A DNA stretch of 63,497 nt, counting the filler, from Reclinomonas americana ATCC 50394 (Eukaryota): NCBI GenBank assembly GCA_048213135.1. It is 53 parts of 53 records of this genome, joined end to end, with 100 filler letters (N's around TTAATTAATTAA, not from the genome) between each part and the next. Parts side by side here need not be neighbours in the genome. Positions count along the whole stretch, not along the records: positions 8,447 to 9,551 come from AFZH01026479.1; positions 9,652 to 10,754 come from AFZH01026480.1; positions 10,855 to 11,958 come from AFZH01026481.1; positions 12,059 to 13,162 come from AFZH01026482.1; positions 13,263 to 14,366 come from AFZH01026483.1; positions 14,467 to 15,570 come from AFZH01026484.1; positions 15,671 to 16,774 come from AFZH01026485.1; positions 16,875 to 17,977 come from AFZH01026486.1; 45 more parts are not named here. One strand, 5' to 3'. Shown here one piece after another: positions 9,415 through 22,049 of this stretch. The translations under genes and the position numbers were made by a program. Each line of letters begins with the position of its first letter. Within the stretch, counting starts at the first letter, position 1. A model generated the notes under the pieces. It did no database searches, was not told the DNA's origin, and saw only the letters and a program-made list of their open reading frames with translations.

Positions 9415-11127
9415 GTTGCGCTCGTCGCTTCCTCTCCGTTTGTCGCCGTTGTGCTGAAGCCTGTTTTGTTGTCTCCCCCTGTTCTTCCTCTTTGTCATCA
9501 TCTCATTGTCCTGGTTTCTTCTTCTTCTTCCTCTTCCTCCTCCTCCTCCCCNNNNNNNNNNNNNNNNNNNNNNNNNNNNNNNNNNNNNNNNNNNNTTAAT
9601 TAATTAANNNNNNNNNNNNNNNNNNNNNNNNNNNNNNNNNNNNNNNNNNNNACCAACGATGTCGATGATGAGGATGGTGATGATGTGAGCAAGGAGAGGC
9701 ACGTGCGATCAGCCACCGATGATGGGAGAATGGCGAGGTGCGCAAGCTTGTGAGAGAACGCGCGCGCGCGCATAAACTGTCAAATGTCGGATTCGCTGAC
9801 ACACTCGCCTTCACAGTGCCACCATGTTGGTCAGCGACGTGCGTGTGATTGAGCAACGTTGCGTGACATAGGGGAGACACACCCACAGAGACAGACAGAC
9901 AGAGACACTTGTGGCGGGCGCGTGTCTATTCTCGTCCATCATGACTTGTCTCGTCGAGTAGTGTGTGTGATGGTGACGTGAGGGTGATTTGGTGTTGATT
10001 GTGGCACGCGCAGATTTTGTGTTGGGGAGAGAGCGCATGGACGCTGGCGGCACATGTAGTAGCGTCGGAGTGTCACAAGTGACCCCGCCTCGGCGACAAT
10101 ACGTGGGCGATGACGATGAGGATGATCTGCTTCCCGTCGGTCTGTTTCGCTCCACCGCAGTTCTTCCGCAAGAGACACGCGTGCCTGACACTTGGTTGCT
10201 CACCCTCCCGCAGAGACTTTGGGGCTGGGCGATGAACTGTGCTTGTCACCTGTGGTGCGATCGCTGCCGTCATCACCGGCCATTGATGAGGAGCATGCGA
10301 CATCGGCGGCACCGCCTGGTGTCTCACTGTTCCAGTTGGAGCAGGCGGCGGCAGCGGCGGCGGCAGTGATGGTAGTGAACAATGTGCCGACGGCAGATGG
10401 GAAGCCACCGCGACCGCCATCGTCGGGTCGACGCGCCACTGCACCACGTCTGCACGCGTACAGTCGATCGGACGACGTGTCGCGATGGCCGCCGTTTGCA
10501 ATTGATCCGCTGGAAGAGACGGCAGAGGCGCTGGCTCGCACGCATGTGCGTCGTCACTCGTCGTCGGCCGACTCGTTGGCAGGCGAGGGCGCAATGACGG
10601 TGACTGCCATGGCGGCGGCCGGCGGAGGAGCGGCGACAGTGGCCGATGGAATCGTCAATAGTCGCCGTAGTTCCGATGTCGGCAGTGCGGCATCGGCCGG
10701 CTGCATGCACATTATGGGCTCCAAGGCCGCCTCGGCGAGCTCCCACTTGTCACGNNNNNNNNNNNNNNNNNNNNNNNNNNNNNNNNNNNNNNNNNNNNTT
10801 AATTAATTAANNNNNNNNNNNNNNNNNNNNNNNNNNNNNNNNNNNNNNNNNNNNGTTGAATCTATCATTCAAAAACGCACACGAAACAAAAGAGTTGACT
10901 ATAAGAAACTGACCGGTAACGTTATGTAGTCTACTGTTGTCTTGTCTGTCTAATTGTCGTATTTGTGTGTCTTTTCCTAATCGGTGAACTATTTGCAAGA
11001 TTCGACGTGTCCAGTCATCAATGCTCACACACGCCACGCCACGCCACGCCACGAAAATTTCAAATCTTCACACACACAATTTTTTCTCTCTCACACGCCA
11101 ACACCACCACCCCCCACACACTTGTTT

Positions 11128-11347
11128 ATGCAAAACGTTGACAAGTACGCACAGTATATTGAGAAAGTTTCATTTAAGAATATTGATTGGGATGCACTCG
11201 GCATGCCAGAGCCAATGATGGTTGCGAATGCCTCGAAACGATTTTTGGATTGGGCCTGCCCCGCTTGTATGTATCAGTTTGAGAGTCATGGAGCATATGA
11301 TACACACTTCAATGGGCGCGTTACCACTCCATGGTTCGTCAGCGTTG

Positions 11348-11387
<40 letters not shown>

Positions 11388-11859
11388 TCATTTCTCATTT
11401 GTCTTCAGCGCTCGTAAATACCGAGAGCAAAAGGAGATTGAGAAGCATGAGATGATTCAACAACAGCAACATCAGTTACTCGAGCTTCAACAGCAAATTC
11501 TCCAACTCCAACAGCAACAGCAACAACAACCGATCATTCATCAACAACAACATCAACACAGTTGTCCAGCGCCGAGTCCCGCCGTCAGCCGAAGTCGAAG
11601 TCGTACGTCATCAACTCAAGCACAACAGCAACGCAATATGCAACAGATGCAATCATGGAAACAAGAACATGATCAATATGCCATGCAAGCGGAGCAAGTG
11701 CCTGATGGAGATCTTTTCATTGATGAATCAGATATCGAGATGCAAGACCAACGACTTATCGACGTCGGAGATACAACGACGGAGAGCGATAACAAGAGCA
11801 ATTCAAGCGGTTCGACTACAGCTTCAGTAACCCGAATGTTCAAGCGCGCTACGGTCTAA
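11128..11859 (+). CDS. Gln-rich protein with a putative zinc finger; probable intron about 11334-11409
   Basis: CPACMYQFESHGAYDTH motif, poly-Q tract, stop at 11859 followed by AATAAA; the intron contains (GT)n. 5' start uncertain. Confidence 0.5.
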
Positions 11860-12099
11860 GATATATATTCTGACCGTTATATGATGAATAAAAATTGATA
11901 AAAGATATAGAAAACATACTCATACCACAGCATGGAAAAAAGAAAGGTAGTGAAAAAGNNNNNNNNNNNNNNNNNNNNNNNNNNNNNNNNNNNNNNNNNN
12001 NNTTAATTAATTAANNNNNNNNNNNNNNNNNNNNNNNNNNNNNNNNNNNNNNNNNNNNGGGAGTGAGAGAGTGAGAAAGTGTGAGAGGAAGAGAAAAAG

Positions 12100-13162
12100 A
12101 GAAAGAGAGAGAAAATACTGAGTGTGTGTGTGTTAGTCGACTGACTGTGCATGTGGCGTGTTTGTGCGTTTGTGTTTCGTGTGTTTGTGTGTGTTTGTGT
12201 GTTCATGACGACAATGGCGATGGATGCATGATCATGCAGTGGGTGAGTATGCGTGTGTATGTATGTGTGTATGCGAGAAAGAGAGAAGAGAGAGAAGAGA
12301 GAGGGGAGAGAGAGGGAGAAACAGAGTGTGAGAAAGACAGACCGAGAGAGAGAGAGAAAGAGAGAGTTTGTATGTGTGTGTGTCTGGGAAGAAAATTAGG
12401 GAGAGTAGGGTGAGAGAGAGAAGAAGAGAGAGAGATTGTATGTGCTTGTGTGTGTTTGAGTGTATGTTTGAGTGTGTGTATTTGTTGTTTGCTAAATAAT
12501 GGATGAGTGCATATGGTTTGAGTGTATGTTTGAGTGTATGTTTGTGCGTGTGTGTATGTATTTGTGTATGAGAAGAGAGAGGTGAGAGAGAGAGAAGGGA
12601 GAGGGGAGAAAATGAGAGAGAGAGAGCGGGAGAGTGCAGAGAGAGGAGTGAGAGAGTGAGAGAGAGAAAATGTGTGCGTGTGTGTGTGTTAGAGAGAGAC
12701 AGAGAGAGAGAGAGAGAGTGGAAGTGGTGGGAGAGAAAGAGAGAGAGAGAGAAAAGATTGAGTGTGCGTGCGTGTGTGGTCGACTAACTGTGCATGTGGC
12801 GTGTTTGTGCGTTTGTGTTTGTGTGTGTGTGTGTGTTTGTGTGTGTTTGTGTATGCACGGCGACAATGGCGATGGATGCATGATCATGCAGAACGTAAGT
12901 ATGCGTGTGTATGTATGTTTGTATGCGAGAAAGAGAGAAGAGAGAGGGGAGAGGGGAGAGAGAGGGAGAAACAGAGTGTGAGAAAAGACAGACCGAGAGA
13001 GTGAGTGAGTGAGTGAGAGCGAGGAAGAGGGAAGGAGAGTGAGAGAGAAAGAGAGAGTTTGTATGTGTGTGTGTGTGTGTGTCTGGGAAGAGAATTATGG
13101 AGAGTAGGGAGAGAGAGAGGGAGAGAAGAGAGAAGAGAGAGAGATTGTGTGTGCTTGTGTGT
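12100..13162 (+). repeat. Tandem duplication, unit about 652 nt, microsatellite-rich and intron-like
   Basis: 12100-12460 aligns with 12750-13162 (GACT(G/A)ACTGTGCATGTGGCG...GATGGATGCATGATCATGCAG-NNN-GT(G/A)AGTATGCGTG...). Confidence 0.9.
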
Positions 13163-13298
13163 NNNNNNNNNNNNNNNNNNNNNNNNNNNNNNNNNNNNNN
13201 NNNNNNTTAATTAATTAANNNNNNNNNNNNNNNNNNNNNNNNNNNNNNNNNNNNNNNNNNNNGCTCTATTGGTGCCTTCTCTCACGTCAGACACATAG

Positions 13299-14056
13299 CA
13301 TGTGGGCGCACGAGGAGAGTGGCATCGAGGTGGACATGATTGTCATGGCCAAGGGTATTGCGTCGGGCATGCCGCTTGCCGCCATTGCTGCTCCGCGTTC
13401 GTTCCACGACAAGCTGGTCAAGGGCAGTGTCGGCGGCACCTACAATGGTGACGGGCGTGCGCTGTGCTTGCTGGTCTTTTCGCTGCATGAGCCTTACTCT
13501 TGAATTCGCAGGCAACAACGCCGTGGCCATTGCGGCGGCGTCGGCCACCATTGACGTGATCCAGTCGGAGGGCCTCATTGAGAACGCTCGTGTGCAGGGC
13601 GAGTACCTCATGCAGCGACTGCGCGAATTGCAGGTGCGTCCGTGCTCCTGCAGTCCGTGAGAAAAAAGTCGCGTGGCACTCAATTGTTTGTGTGTATGTG
13701 TGTGTGTCGCAGCGCAAGTACCCGGTGATTGGCGACGTCCGCGGCCGCGGACTCATGGTGGGTGTGGAGTTCACCACCAAGGACGGCAAGCCCGACGCCA
13801 ACACTGTGACGGCCATGAAGCCTCACCTGATCCACAACCGCCTGCTGCTGCTCGTCTGCGGACTCTGTTGCGAAAATCACACACACGATATTGCTCCCGG
13901 TTTTTCTCTCCACTGTCGTACTCACACTACTATTTTGCGTCACCGCGCGCAGACGGCAACGTGTACCGCTGGGTGCCGCCGCTGGTCGTCACCCGTGCCG
14001 AGATTGACGAGGGACTCGGAATTTTCGAGAAGGCCCTGAAGCAAGTGTGCGGCTAA
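13299..14056 (+). CDS. Class-III PLP aminotransferase (GABA-transaminase-like), C-terminal part, 3 introns (13448-13511, 13634-13712, 13867-13952)
   Basis: DMIVMAKGIASGMPL (PLP lysine), GGTY, IGDVRGRGLMVGVEF, LLVCGLYGNVYRWVPPL; TAA at 14054-14056. Confidence 0.93.
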
Positions 14057-14839
14057 GGCGGAGGAGGAGGAGGAGCAATTTGTTTGTTTGTTGTATGTGT
14101 GAGTGGGGCATTGCGTAAATCAAACGTTGGAGACATGGAGGAGGAAGAGTTTCCCGAGGATTCGTCTCGATTTCATTTCCCTCCACACGCTTGCACAAAC
14201 AAACGTACACGAAAAAAGCAGCAGTCAAAAAAATCGACTGCCTCACTCCTTCACACTGAACACGTTGGCACAAACACGCAGCCGAGCCGAAGACCGACAC
14301 AGCCTCAGAGACCACAACTAAACACACACAGAGTACAAATCCTTCACCACTCCCACAAAACTCACANNNNNNNNNNNNNNNNNNNNNNNNNNNNNNNNNN
14401 NNNNNNNNNNTTAATTAATTAANNNNNNNNNNNNNNNNNNNNNNNNNNNNNNNNNNNNNNNNNNNNAAGAGGAAGAAGAAGAGAAAGAGGCGAAGAAGGA
14501 AAAGATAAAGAGGGAAAGGAGCGCGCGAGGAAGAGGAAGAAAGTCGAAACGATAGACAGAGAAAGAAGGCAGGAATATGAATGGCGGTGATATGCAACGA
14601 TGGAGGAAAGGAGAGAGGCGCGCGGTAGGAGAGCAAGGGAGACAAGAAGAAGAAAGAGAGAGAAAAAAGGTGGCGTGAGAGAGATGAAGTCGAGAAAGGG
14701 AATGGAAGGAGCGTGATCAGCAAACGGCCGATAATCACCGCCACACACGCACACATACGGTGAAGAGGTACATGGAGAAGGAATAGAGGGAGAAGAGACG
14801 CAAAGAGAGAGCGAGAGAGTGTGAAATGCAGGCCGGGCG

Positions 14840-15570
14840 GCGGAATAACTGCATGAACACGCGGTGCACTGGCGAATCCATGCACGAAGACATTCAATAA
14901 GGGGAAGGAGGCGAAGAGGGCGAAGAGAGAGAGGAAAGAAGGAAGGGAGGGGAAGAGGTAGAGAGCGTGATTCGTACGCGTGTCGGATGAATTGTGCAAT
15001 CACGCGGAGCACTGGCGAATACATGCACACAGACACACAGCCGTGCTCTCACCAAGAGAGGAGGAGGAGAAGAGGGAGAAGAGAGTTGAGAGAGAGAGAG
15101 AAAGCTTAAGGGAGGTGAATAGGGAGAGGTGAAGAGGAGGAAGAATTGTGTAATCAAGCGGAGCAATGGCGAGTCAATGCACGAAGACGCGCAACTCGTA
15201 CGGAGAGAGAGGAGGAGGAGAGATGAAAAAGAGAGGCAGGGAGAAGAGAGTTGAGAGAGGGGAAGGGAGGTGAATAGGGAGAGAGAGGAAGGGAGGTAGA
15301 ATTGTGCAATCATGCGGAGCAACGGCGAGTCAATGCACGTTCAGCAAGAGAAGCGACGAGAATGAGTGAAAGTGAAAGAGGTGAATAAAACGGGAAATGC
15401 ACAGCAATGCGAGTGGACGGAATGGTATACATCAGGCGATTCCACGCACGCAGACACACACAGCCGTGCGTGCTCTCAGCAAGAGAGGTAGACGAGGAGA
15501 GGAAGGGAGGCGAAGAGGGATGCGTGTGGGCGGAAAAATTGCTCAATCACGCAGAGCAGTGGCGAGCCAA
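14840..15570. repeat. Degenerate dispersed 50-60 nt repeat (AATTGTGCAATCACGCGGAGCA(A/C)TGGCGA...ATGCAC) between purine tracts
   Basis: Copies near 14845, 14990, 15143, 15300 and 15537. Confidence 0.7.
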
Positions 15571-16874
15571 NNNNNNNNNNNNNNNNNNNNNNNNNNNNNN
15601 NNNNNNNNNNNNNNTTAATTAATTAANNNNNNNNNNNNNNNNNNNNNNNNNNNNNNNNNNNNNNNNNNNNCTCCTTCTTCGCCTCTTTCTTTTTTTCTTC
15701 CTCTTCCCACTCCCTCTCTTCTTCTTCCCCACTCCTGTCCTTCTTCATCCCTCCCTCATTCCTCTCCCCATTACGCATCCTTTCCTTCTTCGCCTCTTTC
15801 CCGCTTGAGCTCCTTTCCTTCTTTATCCCCGCTCAATTACTTCTCCATCCTTTCTTTATTCACTCTTCCTTCCCTCATTCATTCGTCATCCCTACTCTCT
15901 TTCTCTTCTATCTTCTCTCTCCACCCACTTCGTTCTCACGGCCGTGCTGTCCGCCGCTTGTCCTGTTTTCTATTCTTCCGATGCGCAACGAGAGTGAATG
16001 TCTTCGTGTGTGTGTGGTTGCGTTTGTTGCCATTTTGAGCCGTTGGCTTGCAGAACACAGAAGGAAGATCAATCTTCGTGTACTTGACGCAAGAAGCGGT
16101 GTCGGTGTGGGGAGAGACAGAGAGAAAGACTGGTCGTTAAAGAGATGAAGAAAAGAGAAACCTCCACTCTGGCAGCAGCCCATCGTCCTGTTTCTCTCTT
16201 TTTTCTCTCTTCTCACGCTGCGTGCTCTCGCTCATCAGCATGGTTTCCTGCTCGCACAGACGCTCTCGTTGATGATGCAAGAGACACTCATGGAGCGCGA
16301 CTCGCACCTCCACCTCCTCCATCTGGACGATTTTTGATCCCAATTCGCCTCCACCAGATTTCGTTAGCGGCCCTCAGTCATTGCTGTTGTGCCATTTCAT
16401 CGTCTTCTCCTTGAGGAGGAGGAGGAGGAGGAGGAGGAGGAGAAGGAGAAAAGAAGATGAGCTGCTGGATGTGGCGACGCAGGCATCTCTTTGAGGTACG
16501 TGCGTATGTGCGCCTTGGGGTGTGGATGGGAAATCAACCGCGTCTGCCTCACTCTCCTCACTCATTCATTGTGTGTGTTCAGCAGCACGATCCGTGATCC
16601 TGCTCAAATGGAGATCTGTCTCTCTCTCCCTGTCTCCACCATCGCCGGTGCATGCATCGCAAGGCTCGGACGTCTCTGTGAGTTGTCCCTGTTGCATTGT
16701 TCCTTCTCCCTCTCTCGCTCTCCTCACTCACTCGTTCATTCATTTATTGTGTCTGTTCAGCAGCACGATCCGTGNNNNNNNNNNNNNNNNNNNNNNNNNN
16801 NNNNNNNNNNNNNNNNNNTTAATTAATTAANNNNNNNNNNNNNNNNNNNNNNNNNNNNNNNNNNNNNNNNNNNN

Positions 16875-17977
16875 ATCGCGGTACGGGGCCCGCCGAGCAG
16901 GTATTCGCCCGAGGTGGCCAGGATATTAGAGCAGGGCGGCCGCAGTTGGGGGGGAGTCGCGACCGACTGGGTCCGGTCCAGGCTGCATAGGCGCCGATCC
17001 GGATGGCACCGACCAGGAAGATGGCGATCTGGATCGCGGCGGCGCGCCCCTGCCGGGTTGTGCGCGCCTCGCCGAGGATGGCGAAGGCGACAAGCATGAA
17101 GGCGATCGGATAGAGCGGCGCGGACAGCCGGTTGTGCAATTCGGCGCGGAACCGCCCTTCCTGGATTTTGTAGTAGGGTTCGTTCTTGTCCTGCCTCAGC
17201 AGCGCCCAGGTTGTGCGCTCACGCGGCTTGTAGATCACCTTGTCGCCATCGCCTCCGCCGGCGCCGCCGTCCGAATCGCCGGTCAGCGCCGAGAGATTGA
17301 GCGCGTAGCGCTCAAAAGAAATGATCGAGCTCGAATTCTGGTTGCGGCTCTCGCGCTGGATCGTGCCCTTCTCCAGCATCAGGAAGCTGTTGCCGTCGGC
17401 CTCGGCCGACTGGCCGCGCTCGGCGATGTAGACGGCCGGCTGATTGGGGTCGCGCCGGTCCTGCATGAAGATGCCGAGCAGGGCCTGGCCCTGCTTCTCG
17501 CGATAATGGAAGGTGACTCCGGAATCGAGCGAGACGAACTGGCCTTCCTTGACCACGTTCGCGACGAAATCGGCGCGGATCAGGGTGATCAGGTCGCGAA
17601 GCGCCCGGAAGCCGGCAGGCATTACCGCGAGCGACATCCAACCCACCAGCGCGGCCGTGATCAGCGTCAGCGCGATGAAGGGCCGTGTCAGCCGATGTGG
17701 CGCGACGCCGGCCGCGTTCATCACGATCAGCTCGGAATCGCTGTTGAGCTTGTTGAGCGTGTAGAGCGTCGCCATGAACAGCGCGACCGGGGCGATGCCG
17801 GCGATCAGCGCCGGCAGCGACAGCAGCGTGACCGTGAAGAAGATCAGGATCGTCTGACCCTTGCCGGTCATCAGATCGACCTCGCGCAGCGCCTGCGTCA
17901 CCCAGATGACGCTGGTCAGGCCGACGAGCAGAATCACCGCCGCCCCAGCGGCGATCTTCAGGATGTAGCGGTCGAGA
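16875..17977 (-). CDS. lptF: LPS export ABC transporter permease LptF (alphaproteobacterial), near full length
   Basis: LDRYILK...VIWVTQALREVDL...LNKLNSDSELIVMNAAG...EGQF...AELHNRLSAPLYP. Confidence 0.9.
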
Positions 17978-19440
17978 NNNNNNNNNNNNNNNNNNNNNNN
18001 NNNNNNNNNNNNNNNNNNNNNTTAATTAATTAANNNNNNNNNNNNNNNNNNNNNNNNNNNNNNNNNNNNNNNNNNNNGAGAGGGGGAAGGGAGCAGGAGG
18101 AGAAGGGGGAGAAAGGGGGGAAGCAAAGGGGGAAGGGGAGAAATGGGGAGAAAGGGGGAGAAAGGGGAGAAAGGGGGAGAAAGGGGGAAGAGAGGGGAGG
18201 GAAGGGGGGAAGGGAAGGGGGGAAGGGGGGAGGGAGAAGGCAAAGAGAGACAGAGAGAAATTTGAGAAAGAATGAGTTGGGGGTCAAGAGAGAAATGAGG
18301 ATACGACAAGAAGAAGTGGGACACGATTGAGCAGGGAAAGGATTGAGGGGAGGAAGAGTGGAGGGTGAGCAAAGACGGAGTAAGAAGCAACAGAAAAGCA
18401 AGGACGCATTGCAGACAGGGTGCGGGACTAGGGTAAGGTTGAAGAAGAAACAGAGCAGCACCAAGAATTGGAGCAACCGGATGAGAGCAAATAGATCAGC
18501 GCAGAGCGAGAAGGGAGATGCCAAGTAGGACGAAACAACGATATAAAAGGACAGAGCGCGAATAAGAGAGAGAGAGAAAGAAAAGAAGAAACACAGACTG
18601 CTTGAGAGAGCGAAGTGAAGGCAACAGACAAACGCGGGAACCGACAGACACAGAGAGCTCGGTGAGTGAAGAGGGGGGTGGTAGGGAGGCCGGATAATGA
18701 AAGCGAGGGCAGAGAGAGATTAGACGGGTGTGAGTTGGAGAGTGACAGCCAGAGACACGTGGAGAGATGGGCGCGAGACCAGATCGGTGACCAAACAGCG
18801 GAGTTAAGCACGCAAAGAGAAGGAGGATGATGAGCAATGCAAACGCAGTTGGGTCGAGCAGAGCAACGTGGAGATTGACAGTATCAGCGAGAGGCTGGCG
18901 AAAGACGAGAAGAACAACAGCACTAGCGTAAGAGGAGAGAGAGAAGCAATGGGAAACGAAGCACGAAGTGAATGCAGCTGAGAAACGCGGAGGAGAGACC
19001 CCGAGAGATATCCCTCGTCTATCGCATCCACGATGCCCCCCCTCCCAAGCACCCTGCATCTCTTTCCCTCCTTTCTCTGTTGTTTGGTCCTTCTCCATCT
19101 CCTTCACTCTCCCCCTGTAGTTCTCCTATTCTTTGCCAGGGAGAATGAGTTGGAGAGAGAGAGAGAGAGAGAGACAAGGAGNNNNNNNNNNNNNNNNNNN
19201 NNNNNNNNNNNNNNNNNNNNNNNNNTTAATTAATTAANNNNNNNNNNNNNNNNNNNNNNNNNNNNNNNNNNNNNNNNNNNNATTTGTGTTGTCTACACAG
19301 GACTTGATTGTCACACTGCACACTTTCGTTCCACCCTATATCTCCACGGTGTCGCCACACACGTACAGCAAACAATGTGAGTTCTTTATAACATATTACC
19401 GTTTTTCTTTGGGTTTCCTCTCTCCCCCACCCCCCCCCGC

Positions 19441-20384
19441 TCATCGCCCACCGGATCGCCGCTGTCCCTCGTCGTCACCCGAGTCGTCGGACGCCGGGTG
19501 ATCACCTCGCATGTGATCGGCTTCGGCACCCTCTGTCAGGAAGCACTTTTTGCAGATGCGTGCCTCTCGCGCGTAGCACTCGCGATGGCAGTACCTGTGT
19601 CAGGCGGGCGCATGTTATGATGCGAGGAAGACAGGTATAGCGAGCGAGTGTGCGCATCGCAACTCTTTGCAGAGGCGGCAGTGACGGACGTGACGCATGT
19701 CTGTGCCCTCTAGCAGCATGACCTTGAATGCGGCGGCCGACAGAGTCGGTGCAATGACGGCGCTGTCCAGTAGCGGCTCGTTCGCGGCGGCTTCGGCAGC
19801 GCGACGCGTCGGTGTGCTTGGCGGCTGCGGTGGTGAAACGACAGCAGCAGCGGGAGCAGGAGCAGGTGGTTGTGGTGGTGCATTGGCGGCGGCGCCGGTC
19901 ACTGCGGTGGTCGCCGCCGGCGAACCGAGAGACGAAGACACGGCAGAGACGCGTGCGGCGCGCATCCGATGCCGCTCCTCGCTGGAGCTCTTGCGTCCGT
20001 TGCGGTAGTGCAGTTGCAGTCGGCGACATGCGGAGCCGGCGCAGCACAGCACCTCTTGCGATTTGCAAGTGGCACAAGTGTGCGTGTGGCGCGTGAACAG
20101 GCTGTACACGCGCTGCACGTGCACCAGGAAGATGCCGTCGCTCAGCACAATGGTGTCGGCCAAGCTCAGCACCGGCATGTCGGAGAAGATGAAGGAGAAG
20201 ACGCGCAGTGGAATGAACGAGAAGAGGGCGTAGCGCGCGGGGCATTTGAGAATGTAGAAGAACGCCTGCGCACAGTGAATGAGCCTCCTCGAGGGACTGA
20301 CCACACAGTGGTGACACGTACCTGCCGGCGGATCTGTCCACGGAGCAGGAGCAGATCGGATACCAGTTCGCCGCCCACGCCTTC
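19441..20384 (-). CDS. Rubicon-homology (PLEKHM1/DEF8-type) zinc-binding domain protein, C-terminus; introns 20321-20266 and 19663-19595
   Basis: SLADTIVLSDG...RHTHTCATC...LCCAGSAC then CRLCKEYCHRECY...CKKC matches the RH ligand pattern; stop at 19441-19443. Confidence 0.72.
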
Positions 20385-20485
20385 ANNNNNNNNNNNNNNN
20401 NNNNNNNNNNNNNNNNNNNNNNNNNNNNNTTAATTAATTAANNNNNNNNNNNNNNNNNNNNNNNNNNNNNNNNNNNNNNNNNNNN

Positions 20486-21587
20486 GGCGGCCATCGCATC
20501 GCTCTCGACGGTCGCCTACCTGGGCGGGATCTGGATGAAGGCGCTCGTCGGCGACGCCTCGGACAGCGCCGGAGGCCTCGTGCTCTACGGCGCGGTCTTC
20601 CTCGTGGTCGCTCTCGGTATCAACCTGCTCGGCGTGAACCCGGTCAAGCACTTCCTGAGCGCCGGGATCATCGCCGAGGGCGTCGCCTCGATCGTGGTCA
20701 GCGTGCTGCTGCTCGTCTTCTTCCTCCACAACGACATCGGGATGCTCGTGCAGACCCTGGGAGCGGAGGAGAACTCCGGCGGATCGACGCTCGCGGGGTT
20801 GCTCACCTGTCTCGCGGTGGCCGGCTGGGCGTTCCTCGGCTTCGACGCGACGACGCAGGTCGCCGAGGAAGCGCATGAACCGCGTCGTACGGTGCCTCGG
20901 GCGATGCTGCTCTCCTTCCTCTTCGTCGGCATCACGGTGCTGTTGAGCGGTACGGCGGTCACCCTCTCGCTGCGGGACCCGGCTCGTGCCGTGACCGGCG
21001 AGGTCGGCGACCCCGTGCTGGCCTCCGTCACCGAGGCCTTCGGCGCCTGGACGGAGAAGCCGTTCATCGTCGTGGTCCTCATCGCCTTCTTCGCCTGCGC
21101 GGTCTCGATCCAGACCTACATCGGCCGCATGGTGTACAGCTTCGCCCGCGACCGCCAGATCCCGTTCTCCACGCCGCTTTCGCGGATCGGCAGGAAGGAG
21201 ATCCCGCACGTCGCGCTCATCACCACAGCGGTGCTCGCGGGACTCGGCCTGCTGCTGGGCCTGAACGGCAATGCGGCAGCCACGCTGATCTCGTTCGGCT
21301 CTGGTGGCTTCTACATCGTCTTCCTGATCGTCGCCGTGGTCGCGCTGTGGGCACGCCTGAACGGACGCTGGGATCCGAGCCGTGGCTCGTTCACTCCGGG
21401 ACGGTTCGGCTTGATCATCAACATCCTCGCGGTGGCGTGGCTCGCGTTCGAGGTCGTCAACGTCGCGTGGCCCAGGGCGGAGCTCGCCCCGGCATCCGGC
21501 ACGTGGGTGCAGGTATGGGCGGTGATCGTCGTGTTCAGTGCGCTCATCCTGATCGGCATCGGGTATCTCGTGGTGCGCAAGCCGCAC
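20486..21587 (+). CDS. APC family amino acid/polyamine permease (actinobacterial), internal fragment
   Basis: WAFLGFDATTQVAEEAHEPRRTVPRA and GRMVYSFARD motifs; many TM helices. Confidence 0.92.
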
Positions 21588-22049
21588 NNNNNNNNNNNNN
21601 NNNNNNNNNNNNNNNNNNNNNNNNNNNNNNNTTAATTAATTAANNNNNNNNNNNNNNNNNNNNNNNNNNNNNNNNNNNNNNNNNNNNAACAGGGGGGGAG
21701 GAACAGGGGGAAGGAACAGAGGGGAAAGAAAAGGGGAAAGGAAAAGGGGGAAGGAGAAGGGGAAAGGAAGAGGGGGAGGAAGGAAGAGGGGGGAAGGAGC
21801 AGGGCAAAGGAACAGAAGGCATAGGTGGACAAGTAGAGCAGGAGTGACGGGCAGCGAAGATAAGAGATAAACAGTTGCTTGGATGATCGCTGCAAGAGCT
21901 AGATGCTGGCAGAGCAGAGAAACTGAATCACCAAATGCCAGAGCGACAACGTCAACGAAAACAAGGAAGAAAGAATTGCACGTGGCGAGGAACAGGCGTG
22001 AATAATTGCCAGAGAGAGAGAGAGCATTGGGGACCAGAGAAATACATCA

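Noticed and set aside
9652..10754. Ala/Ser-rich ORFs (also 15671-16774)
   Set aside because: Probably contain exons, but I could not fix strand, boundaries or family well enough to report them.
17134..21587. Long antisense ORFs over lptF, the permease and other high-GC genes
   Set aside because: Expected shadow ORFs from high-GC codon bias; no motifs.
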